A stretch of DNA of 60,769 bases, filler included, from Sphacelaria rigidula (lineage: Eukaryota), in the NCBI GenBank assembly GCA_964200075.2. It is 5 parts of 5 records of this genome, joined end to end, with 100 filler letters (N's around TTAATTAATTAA, not from the genome) between each part and the next. Parts side by side here need not be neighbours in the genome. Positions count along the whole stretch, not along the records: positions 12,176 to 24,249 come from CAXNAA020004156.1; positions 24,350 to 36,423 come from CAXNAA020004157.1; 3 more parts are not named here. One strand, written 5' to 3'. The position numbers and the translations under genes were made by a program. The notes under the pieces are model-generated. The model was not told the DNA's origin. It ran no database searches and saw nothing but the letters and a program-made list of their open reading frames with translations. Shown piece after piece: positions 12,076 through 24,407 of this stretch; the stretch's first letter is position 1, and each line of letters opens with the position of its first letter.

Positions 12076-12175
12076 NNNNNNNNNNNNNNNNNNNNNNNNN
12101 NNNNNNNNNNNNNNNNNNNTTAATTAATTAANNNNNNNNNNNNNNNNNNNNNNNNNNNNNNNNNNNNNNNNNNNN
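12076..12175. other. Artificial contig linker
   Basis: N44-TTAATTAATTAA-N44, which places stops in all six frames. Confidence 0.97.
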
Positions 12176-12259
12176 ATCCCGGGGAGCGGTTGATTCTCAT
12201 TTCAAAATACCTTCTCATTTTTCTGGCAACCCTGTTAGTAGGGAGAAGACGATATCTAT

Positions 12260-12508
12260 GACTGCTGCCGAGATAGCCCCCCCCCGAACCGGCCAAAAAC
12301 GTGCGCGGAGGCGATGATCGTAAATGCCGTTAGAGCTGTGTTCGTGCTTCACGATGCGATTTATTTGGGCGTTGTAGCTGATTTCGGACTGCTACAAGCC
12401 TTTCATTTGGGCGGAATCGCTGCAAACGAGCCCAATAGTGGGATCGCAGTCGATTTGTCGTACGGTCTCCCGTGCACTTCTTGTTGGGGGGCTATCTCGG
12501 CATGAGTC
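12260..12508. mobile_element. MITE family 4 inserted in a LINE, 4-bp TSD CTAT
   Basis: TIRs GACTGCTGCCGAGATAGCCCC/GGGGCTATCTCGGCATGAGTC; CTAT at 12256-12259 and 12509-12512; empty site at 3182. Confidence 0.85.
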
Positions 12509-12751
12509 CTATACTAGGAGATAGTGGCCAGAGACGGCGAAACAGAACGGGGATAAGATATGTAAAAGGTTTTGTGTAATGTATGGAAAAACCGTAGTGA
12601 GCTGCTGAGGAAACGTAATAAGCTCCGGAATGTTCGAGGTGTCTTTGGTAGGAGTAGGAACGGTGCTCCGTCTCGTAAAATATGCGTGGTCAATGGTCAA
12701 ACGACTAAGGTAAGCAACAAACGAGTACGCCCCCCCCCCCCCCCCCCCCCC
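12509..12751 (+). mobile_element. LINE 3' end with poly(C) tail
   Basis: Same family as 3063-3411; ends GAGTACG(C)22. Confidence 0.8.
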
Positions 12752-12901
12752 AACCGCGCCAAAACAACAAAGAGAGACGCGTGCGCGTTTTTGTTTTTTC
12801 GTGCACCGTTGGTGATGTAGTTTTTTTCACTGCGTGGTATCGACTTTTTTCCCTCCCGCTTTACCGCACTTCGTGAAAAAACAGTTTTTTTTCGGGTCCG
12901 T

Positions 12902-13726
12902 TTATGGGCGCGTCCACATCGCGATGCCCGGGGGATATGTGGTTCTGGGAACAACTACACATCGTGGTTTTGAGACCCCTGTCTGAGCGCTGATTCTAAC
13001 CACCGCCCCTCCTCCGTATCCCGAATTGACTTTCTCATGTTCGTTGCCGTCGGTCGTCTCTACCTTGTCGACCGTTGATTTCGGTCGCAGCGTTCGACGT
13101 TCAATCAGATGAACGAGCTGTTCCTCATCACGAAGCCCGGCCAGCAGAAGATTGTGTACCCTCAAATTCCCTTATGGGGAAAGTACAGGGTGTACAACAC
13201 GTCTAGAGAGGCTGTGGATTCGATACCTCAAGAAATCCTGCATCAGCAATGTATTCGCATGGTCTTGGTCGCATCGAACAGACGACTCAGGCACCTCGTA
13301 GAACCCGGCAGGGAAGCCTTCCAGCGGGAAGCGGCCCTGTGGTTGGAGGTCTCAGACACGTGCCCATTCTACCATTTGGAATGTGATGCGGGCGGGGAGG
13401 GTGTTGTGATGGGGATCAGGTCGAAAATACCGCACAACGGCCCCAGAGACTCCTACATTACCGCTGCGATAGGCGGTGCAGATGGTACGCAGCATGTTGT
13501 AATAGCCAGTGTACAAGAGCGTCGAGAGAGGAATGGGGGACTCAACGCGAAGCAGCCTATCGCGGTCACTCTCGGGGATCTGGTCGTAGGTGGATTGGGA
13601 TTCGAGCAAAGGTGGCTGAGGGCCAGACGCGACACGGGTCGAGAGGGGTTGGAGGACGAGGTTGCCCCCGATGATGACCATGATGACGGTGATACTGGGT
13701 GATGATGGTGGTGATGGCAATAGCAA
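12902..13726 (-). pseudogene. Possible degenerate reading frame of unknown product
   Basis: ORFs 13352-13726 and 12902-13165 share a frame; only two stops (TGA, TAA) in about 275 codons; protein-like composition. Confidence 0.3.
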
Positions 13727-14410
13727 CTAGTGATGACGCTGGAGTCTCGAATTGTAGTGGCGCAGTTGGAGAGTGAAAGCAATAGGTTCACATACAGGTC
13801 GGGATGCGGGCGCGAACGTACGGTTCAGGGCGGGGTCGAGATGCTGTCATGTAGCGTGATGCGGTGTTGCGGTGGTGTGTATGGCGGGACCGTACGAAGC
13901 GATCTTGGGGATGGATGCCAACGATTTCTCTTTCGACAGAGACATTGCCGCCTCATATATGCTCGAACCGGATTGGAAAGCTCGACGGGTATTTGCAGTA
14001 CGGTTGAGTCGTGCAATAAACTATTCACGTTGTGCATCGGCCGTCGATTCTTCAGGACAGTGGGCACCCAATCATCCGCTCGGCACATCACTGCGTTGGC
14101 AGTGATATCCCCCCACCACGTCACTGACAGCACCTCACTGACCTTACCGACAGCAACTTGACGCCCGAGATTTTTGTCTCGACACGAGCCTCGAGATAAA
14201 CAGCAGTAAAAACGTCGTCGACAATCAAACAAACGTTGTTATGCTCCGTCGCCCGCAGCTAACCAGGGATGGGCGGCATGTGAAACCACGGACGCATTTC
14301 CTACTCCTCCTAAAAATTGCGCATCAGCAGTGTCGCGCGGTACTCCTGAGGGCTTTTCGTCATTCAACGGATAGGGTCTTCAAACCTCATTTGATTGATG
14401 AACCTCTACG

Positions 14411-14707
14411 GTGCAGGTTGATCACTGAACTAGGCAAATAACAAAACTTCGTTCAACGAGTACGGAATTTCACTATTTCGGGTGGGACCTTTCATTCTAC
14501 TTATTATTTGACTGCCATCCACTTGTGCACGAGTTCGTTCATATCCATTTACTACAGGTCGATCGTTTCACATCTGTTGATAAAGTACTCAAGCTCCAAA
14601 CCGTCTCACCGTTATTCTTGTAACAATCGTAAGCTCACAGCACGTGGGGAGACAGTCCAACGCAGTACAGTACACGTCGATCGTCAGGATGTCCTTGTTC
14701 ACAGCTT
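14411..14707 (+). repeat. 297-bp direct repeat, copy 1
   Basis: Nearly identical to 23953-24249. Confidence 0.9.
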
Positions 14708-14828
14708 CAGGTGATTCGATTTCTTTCGTTCCTTGGTAGTGTTGAAACCAGAGCCTTCTCGACAAGTTCTGAACACCAGGGCATCATAGCATTTCACCGG
14801 TTCTTAGAAAGAATCGGATTCAACCAGA

Positions 14829-15008
14829 TGTAAGAGGCATGTTTTTATGTACTCCGTATCTTGACGGATTACTCAGCATCCTCACCCCTGACCACGGGTA
14901 CTAGCCAGTTCCCGCAATCAGCCCTCCGGACGTGTATCTTCGTTGCGAATCAATGGCTCATCATTGTACTGTCCCCCTTTCCACCGCATCACGCCGCGAT
15001 CCGTAACA
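14829..15008 (-). mobile_element. Putative 3' LTR (180 bp)
   Basis: On the minus strand TGTTAC...CTTACA, immediately preceded by a polypurine tract GAGGGGGGGG (15009-15018). Confidence 0.6.
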
Positions 15009-15230
15009 CCCCCCCCTCAGTCCTAGGATTGAAAACCCTGGGACTGACGTGATTCACACGATGGATCGCCGCGTTACCATGTCCCTCTTCCAAGTGCTCA
15101 GCTTCGGGGTGTAGCCGTTGATCTTGATAACCGTTCTACCGGGTTAGACCACGTAGGGAATTTGAACACCGTGCAGGACGATCCCTTCCAGTCCGGAGGC
15201 GTCCTTGATCTTGTTGACCGCTCTGCCGGG

Positions 15231-15881
15231 TTAGACCACGTAGGGAATTTGAACACCGTGCAGAACGATCCCTTTTCTCCATTTATTAGATCCTGAAGCG
15301 GTTTCGGTACCCTGTTCCTTCACCGCATTTTTCCGCACCTCCGACGGTGTCATCTCTTTCCAATCCCCATCCTCATACTTGACACGGTAATACGGCTGAC
15401 GGAAGTCGAACACCTCCCCGTCGAACATCTGCCGCTCACCTTGGTTGTCCGCAAACTGTTTACGTATTCTGGTCCCTCGAGGAATGAGTCGTAAAGCTTC
15501 ATCCCGAGCAAAAGAGTCTCTTTCCGCTAGAGATGGGTCAACGGATGGGAGTGGTTTGGTTTGCGGGTTATATAGTTCCCACAAAGCATGAAACACGTCC
15601 AACTGTAGCTCAGTGAAACTGTTCAAGACTTCCTCCTCTGAAAACCAGTGAGATTCGGTTCCGTCATGAAACAACCCCCGATAGGCCCACTCCCAGGACG
15701 GTTCTGATCCTAACACCACTTTCCTCTCTGTCCACGTGTACTGTTGCGGAACGGTCGCGATCTCCTCAGCTAACCCCAAAATCTTCATCGGCGGCGTCCT
15801 GCTATCACTAGGGTTTGCTGCCCTCAGAAATCCTGCTCCTTGCGGCTGTAGTTTGTCCGACATGTTTCCCCAAATCACCAA
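15231..15881 (-). pseudogene. Gypsy-like pol C-terminal remnant with chromo-like and Tudor-like domains
   Basis: WEWAYRGLFHDGTESHWFSEEEV (chromo-like) and RGTRIRKQF...FDGEVFDF...YYRVKYEDGDWKEM (Tudor-like), upstream of PPT and LTR. Confidence 0.6.
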
Positions 15882-16049
15882 AGACTTCCATCACTGCTTT
15901 GATGCATAGGTCCCCCCCCCCTGCCCCGGTGCCCAGCAACACCGTTACTGGTGAGCGGTGGCTACTCTTGCCGTGGTGCCAAACTTCAGCTTGTACCCAC
16001 AGCTGTTGTGCATCGTTCCTACTCGCTTCCACTAAAATGGCGTTCGCGC

Positions 16050-16920
16050 TGTTCTAAAACGCATGGGAAACTCCTGGCCCCCTGTCAGCTTGTTCGGAAA
16101 CACATGGGAAACTCCTGGATCCCTGTCAACCTGTTCGAAAACACATGGGAAACTCCTGGATCTCTGCCAACCTGTTCGCACGCACAAGGGGAACTCCTGG
16201 CCCCCTGTCAACCTGTTCGAAAACACATGGGAAACTCCTGGCTCCCCTGTCAACCTGTTCGAAATCATATGGGAAATCCTGGCTCCCTGTCACCCTGTTC
16301 GAAAACACATGGGAAATCCTGGATCCCTGTCAACCTGCTCGAAAACACATGGGAAATCCTGGCCCCCTGTCAACCTGTTCGAAAACACATGGGAAACTCC
16401 TGGCTACCTGTTAACCTGTTCGAAAACACATGGGAAATCCTGGCTCCCTGTCAACCTGTTCTAAAACACATGGGAAACTCCTGGCTACCTGTTAACCTGT
16501 TCGAAAACACATGGGAAATCCTGGATCTCTGTCAACCTGTTCGAAAACACATGGGAAATCCTGGATCTCTGTCAACCTGTTCGAAAACACATGGGAAATC
16601 CTGGATCTCTGTCAACCTGTTCGAAAACACATGGGAAACTCCTGGATCCCTGTCAACCTGTTCGAAAACACATGGGAAATCCTGGCTCCTTATCAACCTG
16701 TTCGCACGCACAAGGGAAACTCTTGGCCCCCTATCAACCTGCTCGAAAACACATGGGAAATCCTGGCTCCCCTGTCAACCTGTTCGCACGCACAAGGGAA
16801 ACTCCTGGCCCCCTGTCAACCTGTTCGAAAACACATGGGAAACTCCTGGCTCCCCTGTCAACCTGTTCGAAAACACATGGGAAATCCTGGCTCCCTGTCA
16901 CCCTGCTCGAAAACACATGG
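16050..16920. repeat. Tandem minisatellite, 40-42-bp unit, about 21 copies
   Basis: Unit CCTGTCAACCTGTTCGAAAACACATGGGAAA(C)TCCTGG(A/C)TC, head-to-tail with no spacers. Confidence 0.95.
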
Positions 16921-17243
16921 TCTTGACATCTTGAGCCTTCGTCCTCGCCCATTTCCTGTATGCAATCAAATCCTGCTTGTTCGCTGCATGGTGCAAGCAT
17001 ATACATATGTATATGGTTCATACAACTTTCTCGTTCATCTATTCGATGTCCGGCTTGTATGTTGGCAACTTGCATAGTCTCCACGATAAGCACACGAGTC
17101 GTTCATTACAAGCCAACGACTTTCATCAAAATATTTCCAGTGTAAATATCAAAATATTTCCAGTGTAAATCTGGCAAAGGAATGTGTGAAACCCATGGAC
17201 TCTCAGCACCAGAAGAATGTAGCCCTGCCGCCGGGACGATCAT

Positions 17244-17372
17244 AGCGCGCACAGGTAGACGGTCACCTTCGAATTGATCGTTGGAGCACGCACGTAGACG
17301 GTCATCTTCGAATGGATTGTCAGAGCGTGCACAAGTAGACGGTCATCTTCGAATTGATTGTCGGAGCGTGCG
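17244..17372. repeat. Three tandem copies of an approximately 41-43-bp unit
   Basis: GTAGACGGTCA(C/T)CTTCGAAT...TTG x3. Confidence 0.8.
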
Positions 17373-20300
17373 CGAGTATAGGCGGTCAACGGGAACTGAC
17401 GGAGCATCCGTCTGGTGGCCGCATGCAAGCACATTAGCATGCAGCTTCACTCATAGCCGCTCAATCGTTGTGAATCTGAGTTCATTATCACACTCATGAG
17501 TAGCTACACAAACTTTGGCAGGCGGGCACCAACAATAATTGTTGACGAGCAACTGTTGCAGGCTTCATGCAGTCCTGTGATCCACCGCTGCGGGTAATAT
17601 TGATCAAATAATGGTATGTTCAGCAGTGGACCTGTAAACAACCACCCACGTATTCACAGTCGAAGTATAAACTATAACTACATGGTTGGGTTTGATCTCT
17701 TAGAATCGAAACAACTTCACAGAACTCTCCATTTGTTTTACGCATGCATGACTCGTTTATACTCTTTGAAGATATCTACCAAGGGCGCAAACGATCAAAC
17801 AGGGTAATCACGTAGAGATCTCATCCATTTTCCATGACAAAATAACATTTATTTCGAGCATTAATGATTTGCCCCCCCTGACCAGGTGGTAGGGTAAATA
17901 CATCGTGTTTCGTTCATTCAAGCCTCGCAATTTCTGTTCACGGTTAATCGGCTTACATAGTACCGTGCCTGGTAGCATGTATGCACAACCAGTTTGACAT
18001 TACGGTTACACAAACAGATTTTCGTGCATTAGCGGACGGCAGCGTAACAGTGTCATTCTCTATCAGTTGCATACACGGTCAGGTATGAGGTGCGGTTATT
18101 AGGTGCACACGGAAACGATCACCCGATCACCCATGTATTGAAAGTCGTGAAGTAAAGTCAAAGTACATGGTTGGGTCTGATTTCTTCAAAATCGGAGCAG
18201 ACATCACATAGCCCCGAAGTTTTCAAGCATGCATGGCTCGCCCACACCCTTTGGAGCTATCCAGCAAGGGCAAAACTATCAATCAGGGGGAACCACGTTG
18301 AAGTTACATGCAACTTCCATGATAATAACACACATTATCGCATCATCGATCTGCCCCCCCCCTGATCGGGGTAGGGTAAATACCCCATGTTGATTCAAGC
18401 TTTGCAATTTCCGTTCACGACAAATCGGCTCACATGGTATCGTGCCTTGTAGTATGTATGCACAACCAGTATGGCATTACGGTCCCACGAGCACTTTCGT
18501 GGATTTGCGGAGTATATAGAGAGTAAAACTGATATTCTTTCACCGTTGCATCCGTGGCCATGCATGAGATACTCTAGCAAGTGGTTCGCGTTCCTAAAAG
18601 TATACATATTATACTGTATGTACTTGGTACTAATTGTAGCCGACAACATCTCGATAGCCCTGTGTATCTCTTCTACAGGCAGTTCGTTAACTCCCATCTC
18701 CTGGTTGATATCGCGTTCAGTAGTTTCACTCAGGCAACACTGCCATCACTACCTACCTCATGTGTTCCCACAGTATATAGACTCGAATAAACAGTACAGT
18801 ACACGGCAAAGGTTCTTCCGCATGCATAGTCCGACATTTGCTATTCGATGGTGATTCGGAACAGTTTTGTCCCACACTAAAAGCATATTACTCGTGCACT
18901 GTTAGACTGAGTACAAAGTGAACGATTTCATTGAGGAGATAGTGCAGGCTGTAAATAGTCAGTACCGTCATCCTGTACAGCCATATTGTAACAGTATCGC
19001 AATAAATAAAACGGTAGCATGTCGTAAAACCCAAGGGTGTTATCACAACTCAATGTGTGGAGACACAAGCGATTTTGAATTCGGCGGGTCTTGTCGAGTT
19101 TGAGTATGTGTGAAGCAGCATATTGTAACGTGGTTCCATTTCAGTCAGCTGTATGAAACTCCAAAAATCATAGCGTACAGCAACAGCAGCATCAGTTGTG
19201 AACAAGTCTAACGTTAGTCCGTCCAGCGGCGCATGACGATAGATTATACTCGAATTAGTAAGAGTTTGTTGGAAAAGTGTCACGATAAACCCTTTGACGT
19301 GATCGCTAGAGTTGGCGCAATGGCACTTAGGCCAAGCAAGCAGACAAGCTGCTTTGGAGTGTAGACAGAAGAAATCGTTCAAGGTGCCTCTTGCGGGCAA
19401 GACAGTCCAAACAACCCACCGTGTTGAACGCTCAACCGAGCAGAGTGATTCATGTATCACAACTGCTATCCCACATCATACCCTCACATCAGACCAAACC
19501 TTCGTGACGGGTACCTGCGATCCGAACACTACATATATAAAGTCAATACCATACGAAGCGTTGAAGAGCATGGTTCCACAGCCTCATTTTCTAACAGAGT
19601 TCAACTGATATTTACTGTCAACCTCGTCTGTATACACCATCCCATTTCTGGTGTGCAAACGTGATGAAAACTCCCGTGTGGTAAACACAGTAAGCCCAAG
19701 CTTGATGGGTGAAGACGGCATAGTGTTGTGTTGCTCTTTTCAGCTGCATCACATAGCAGGAAGCACACAGCAGCTGTTGCATGAAAAGATTTAGTAAAGC
19801 AGTCTAGAGAGTCATGCAATCCTAGCATCCACCGTGACTCTACTCATTCAGGTCTACACGACAAGATTTGACCTGTCACGGCTATTAAGCAAGCATGAAG
19901 CTGCCTCATCTCACAGCTCCTTGCACGATCGGCTTTCACATTTTGATCCTGTGCACTCAACCGTGAGGGCAAGTTTTTGGTTCAAGGCGTAAGGGAGATC
20001 ACACCGCTTCAACGGTTTCATTACTGTTTGCGAAATATTTGACCTGCCGCCGCGTGTAAGCAGGCATAGCATAACATGGTATTTTACGTGGTCGCAGGTG
20101 ATACCCCGCCTAGCTTCATATAACATCATGTTTCCCTGTATGTAGTGATTTCCTGCCTGCTTGTAGGTGAGCCTATTGTATAACGCACGCATACTCCGGA
20201 CTCACGCGCATTCCCCAATTCATTCACACGTTGTCTGGCTTCCATGCTAGCATAGTGCATAATGTCTACAATTATTACTTTCGTTGTTCAGTACCAGCCA

Positions 20301-22697
20301 ACCGCCTGGTCGGTTTCTTCTCGATATACATCGGCAAAAGGAATGTGTGGAACCCGTAGACCCTCAAGACCAGAAGCCCTGCCCAGACAAACGCAGCCTT
20401 GTCTGATGGCAGTCATAGCATGCACGGACAGACAAACCGCGTTGGAATTTGATTGTCGATAGGTGCAGAGTGGACAAACAACGGGAGATGGCGTAGTGTC
20501 CGTCTGGTGGCCTCGTGCAGCTATCTTGTCTCGCAGCACCCAATCGTGGCAGTGTTGAGTTGATCACCCCAGCTAGGGTGAACATGGGTGAATGGTCCCA
20601 TTCCTTGAGTTATTGATGACTGATGGTGGATCATTCTTGATCCACCGTGTTATTTTCTTTCGATAATATGGAGCGAGTAATTGAAAAGGTGTGTACATTC
20701 TAGTAGATACTGTCATAATTGCTACACACTAGTACAACGTGCGCCAGCAAGGGCTAGTTGCACTACCCACTGGTCGCGCGACAGGAGCTTCACGTTAGAC
20801 TGTCGACCGTTTTAGAACGGAAACGTTCACCTCTCAACCCTCATACATATCGCGGACCATAACCGATTATTGTTCGCTGGGTTTCTTCAAAAGTTGTGAA
20901 CATAATTGAACTACACGGTTGGGTCTGGTTTTTATTTAGTATCGGCGCAGATATCCCCCAGCCCTCGAACTATCCAGCAGGGAGAACTGCGAGGGGTGTA
21001 CATCCATTTTTCACAACAGTGGACCTCCCGCAACTCAATGACCTGCCCCCCCTGACCGGGGGGTGCCGCGTTTCGTTCCTTCAAACTTCGCAACTTCCCG
21101 TTAATGATAACTGTCTGCTCAATCTGTCGGCAGGCGCAATTCATAATTTGATAGAGACTCGCTAAGGCAGGTCGTGATAAGTTTTAGGGTTTGATAGACG
21201 GAACGTTTCGATCTACCGCGCATCGTTAGTTTTAACCGCCACCTTCTTTACATCATTTTTACCAGACACGCGGTAGCACTGTGAACCTGCATGTACATGT
21301 CGAGTAACGGTACGCGGCGGCGTTGTGAAGCCGCATCACAGTCAACATGTCAGGTTTTGAAGTACAGCCCTTCAAGCATGGCTGGCGTTGGTGAACGGCT
21401 GATGTAGCGTCACCACAACCTGACTGCCCGCCTAGATGCGCTACAGGATTTGTCGTAAAGCTGTACAGAAGCAGCGGTACCGAATTTCTGTGCATTTCAA
21501 TACAGCTCAGTCACTCGATTACCGCGTGATAACATGGGTATGGTCCTGTGTACATAATCAGTTTGCCCAGATGCAAGTGTAGGGTAATTGACAGAGGTCT
21601 GACCGTCTGGTGTACAGAAGTCGGCATACCGAAGTTGTACCGGGCCCGAATCTGCTTAAGTAATTAGCGTGTAAAGCTCGCATCTCACGTCAATCTTCCC
21701 AAAAACGATCCGGATAACCCAAGGTGAATGGAAAGAAGTACGGCTATAGTGGAGTGTTCACTTGGCGTTAGCTTCAATTTGAAGACCCTTCCACTATCAG
21801 CCGGAGGACTAAACCATGGAACATCTTGTTTCCCTACTGTCTCACAGCAAAAGCCTTCAAGCCCTCTCAGGTGTCAAGGCTTTTCCTGTCCGTTCTGCTA
21901 CGGGGCATTCACGAATCACGCACACTGTTTTGGATTGCATGAGCAGTACTACTGTTGTTGTGTTCGTCCCTACCGAAAACAATCTTAGTCGCGCACAGTG
22001 CTGTCTGCACTTTTGTTGAAAACTTCGTGGGTGTGTGGACTCTTTCGTTTTCGGGGAGACGAACAACGTTCTGTCGCGCTAGTGCCGTGCGTTGGGCACC
22101 TGTACTGTACTGTAGTTGCGACAGTCAGTACAGTCTGCAGAAAGGATTAATTTGACATCACCACCCCTCATTTCGGAATAATTCAACCGTACTTGGCGAA
22201 GGTACCCTCATTTTGTTTTTGTTCTCCCGTGATCCTTGCTTCATTCGAGCGCCATCGCAGATTCACAGGTATCTCACCGTAACCGTAACATGATGACTAA
22301 AGAAAACACAACGTTGCTCCTAGAAGCTGCATCGCGCGGCTATCACCGAGCGCACCGCAGCTGTTGCGTGGGGTGGATTTGACAACCAGTGCAGCGGCAT
22401 AAAGATCCAAGCATCCTCATTTGGGACCTGTCTAAACAATCCATTCCACTGGATCCGGCTCTTGTTCGAAGTAGCACTCGTGTCACTCAAAGCATGAAGC
22501 GAGGTGCGGCATTTCAGTTTTCCCACTAAAACCAAACGGGAGGGTATAACAGCAGCATCGGCTTGCTGTGTAATGCACACATCGGCGCTCATTACTCCCA
22601 ATCAATAGCTCACATCAGCAGTTGCTTGCTGTGAATACCCCCCTGATTGTTTCGGTTCTTCGCCCCATCGCTGCCACTAAAATATGATGATGTTCGA

Positions 22698-23130
22698 GGT
22701 AACACCGACCCACTGGGCCAGTGTCGCGTATTAGCGGACAGCAATTCGGTGATGCATAGTTAATTTAACCGGTGCGGCGTTCACGTACAACAATACAATG
22801 TTTGCTCATGGGTGTAGCCAGCGCCACGTTGCTCCTGCCAGCTGTATCACGCGTAAAAATCGTGCGCGCGGCTGTGTTTCATTTAAAGGAGACAACGAGC
22901 GGTGCCAATAAAATCTCGCAACATTCGATGTAACACCGACCCAATGTGCCAGTGTCACGCATTAGCGGACGGGCATTATGTGAGGCATAGTCCATTTAAC
23001 CGGGGCGGTGTTCACGTGTAACAATACAGTGTGCAACATAATGGGTGCATACAGCGCTACATTGCTCCTGCCAGCTGTATCACGCGTCAAAAATCGTGCG
23101 TGCAGCTGTTGCATTTAAAGGATACAACGT
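22698..23130. repeat. Tandem duplication of about 230 bp
   Basis: GTAACACCGACCCA...CATTTAAAGGA(G/T)ACAACG x2. Confidence 0.8.
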
Positions 23131-23952
23131 GTAGAGATTCATGCCTTCCGACATCAACTCCGCGCTTCCTGCTCAATCAAGAATAGCTGAAGATTCTGAC
23201 TCTAAACTGTAAGAGCATTGAATCGAACTGCGTGGGAGGCACGCCGTTTTACTTTACTCAAATGACATCGCGCACAGGACTAGCACATAGCCACCTCCGA
23301 AGTCACGCTGTGAGCGATATCGCTACGCTAACGTTGTGGACACGCATCTTCAAGCGGTGCAAGCACACCCGGATGGACCTTGGTCTTGAGGCTCATCGCG
23401 TAGCCTCAGCTCATGTATCAACTCATATTTCGGTTGAGTTTCAGTTGAACTACAATATCCCGCGATCATATTGTTGTTTATATGGGTATGGGCCCCCTCA
23501 CTCACGTCAGGAGGCGGTGCTTCACATTCTCCACCCATTTCAAGAGTACATTAATTATTTTTAATAATTCGACTAACTGCGTTTCTTCACCTTACCCAAG
23601 CGCTGTGGGAACCACTATAGCGGTTTCCGCAGTTTAATTTCCCTTGTGCCGTCGTAAGCGTGAGCGCGAGCGTGTCGCTCCCAGCGCGCATCGTGATAGC
23701 TGATTATTTGTTTTGTCACGTGATGCCCTTGCTAACTCATGGTCAGCGAAGTGGTGAAAACGCACATGTTTCGCTCTCTTTATTAATCTGAAGATCGAAT
23801 ATCTCAGTGAACATTTTCCTGAACCTTTTTACCTCTCCTGGCTTGAGCCGCACCGCAGATGATATGATCGAACACAATAGTCCAGGTGAGAAGCGCCATG
23901 ATACAAACAAACGGCAGTCTCCAGTTGTTGTCAACATTTGCTTAGCTTTACA

Positions 23953-24249
23953 GTGCAGGTTGATCACTGAACTAGGCAAATAACAAAACTTCGGTCAACG
24001 AGTACAAAATTTCACTATTTCGGGTGGGACCTTCCATTCTACTTATTATTTGACTGCCATCCACTTGTGCACGCGTCCCTTCATATTCATTTACTTCAGG
24101 TCGATCCTTTTACATCTGTTCATAAAGTACTCAAGCTCCAAACCGTCTCACCGTTATTCTTGTAACAATCGTAAGCTCACAGCACGTGGGGAGACAGTCC
24201 AACGCAGTACAGTACACGTCGATCGTCAGGATATCCTTGTTCACAGCTT
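23953..24249 (+). repeat. 297-bp direct repeat, copy 2 (runs into gap)
   Basis: Nearly identical to 14411-14707. Confidence 0.9.
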
Positions 24250-24349
24250 NNNNNNNNNNNNNNNNNNNNNNNNNNNNNNNNNNNNNNNNNNNNTTAATTA
24301 ATTAANNNNNNNNNNNNNNNNNNNNNNNNNNNNNNNNNNNNNNNNNNNN
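24250..24349. other. Artificial contig linker
   Basis: N44-TTAATTAATTAA-N44. Confidence 0.97.

Positions 24350-24406
<57 letters not shown>
24350..24406. repeat. (TAA)n microsatellite
   Basis: Perfect run at contig start. Confidence 0.95.

Positions 24407-24407
<1 letters not shown>

Noticed and set aside
16050..16920. CRISPR-like array
   Set aside because: Units are head-to-tail with no unique spacers, there are no cas genes, and the context is eukaryotic
15951..17077. Repeat-protein ORFs (327 aa and overlapping ones)
   Set aside because: Unit length is mostly not a multiple of 3; the same peptides cycle through all frames, so these are translations of a minisatellite
14411..24249. The 297-bp repeats as LTRs of one retroelement
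   Set aside because: No PBS or PPT at the visible boundary and no internal gag/pol
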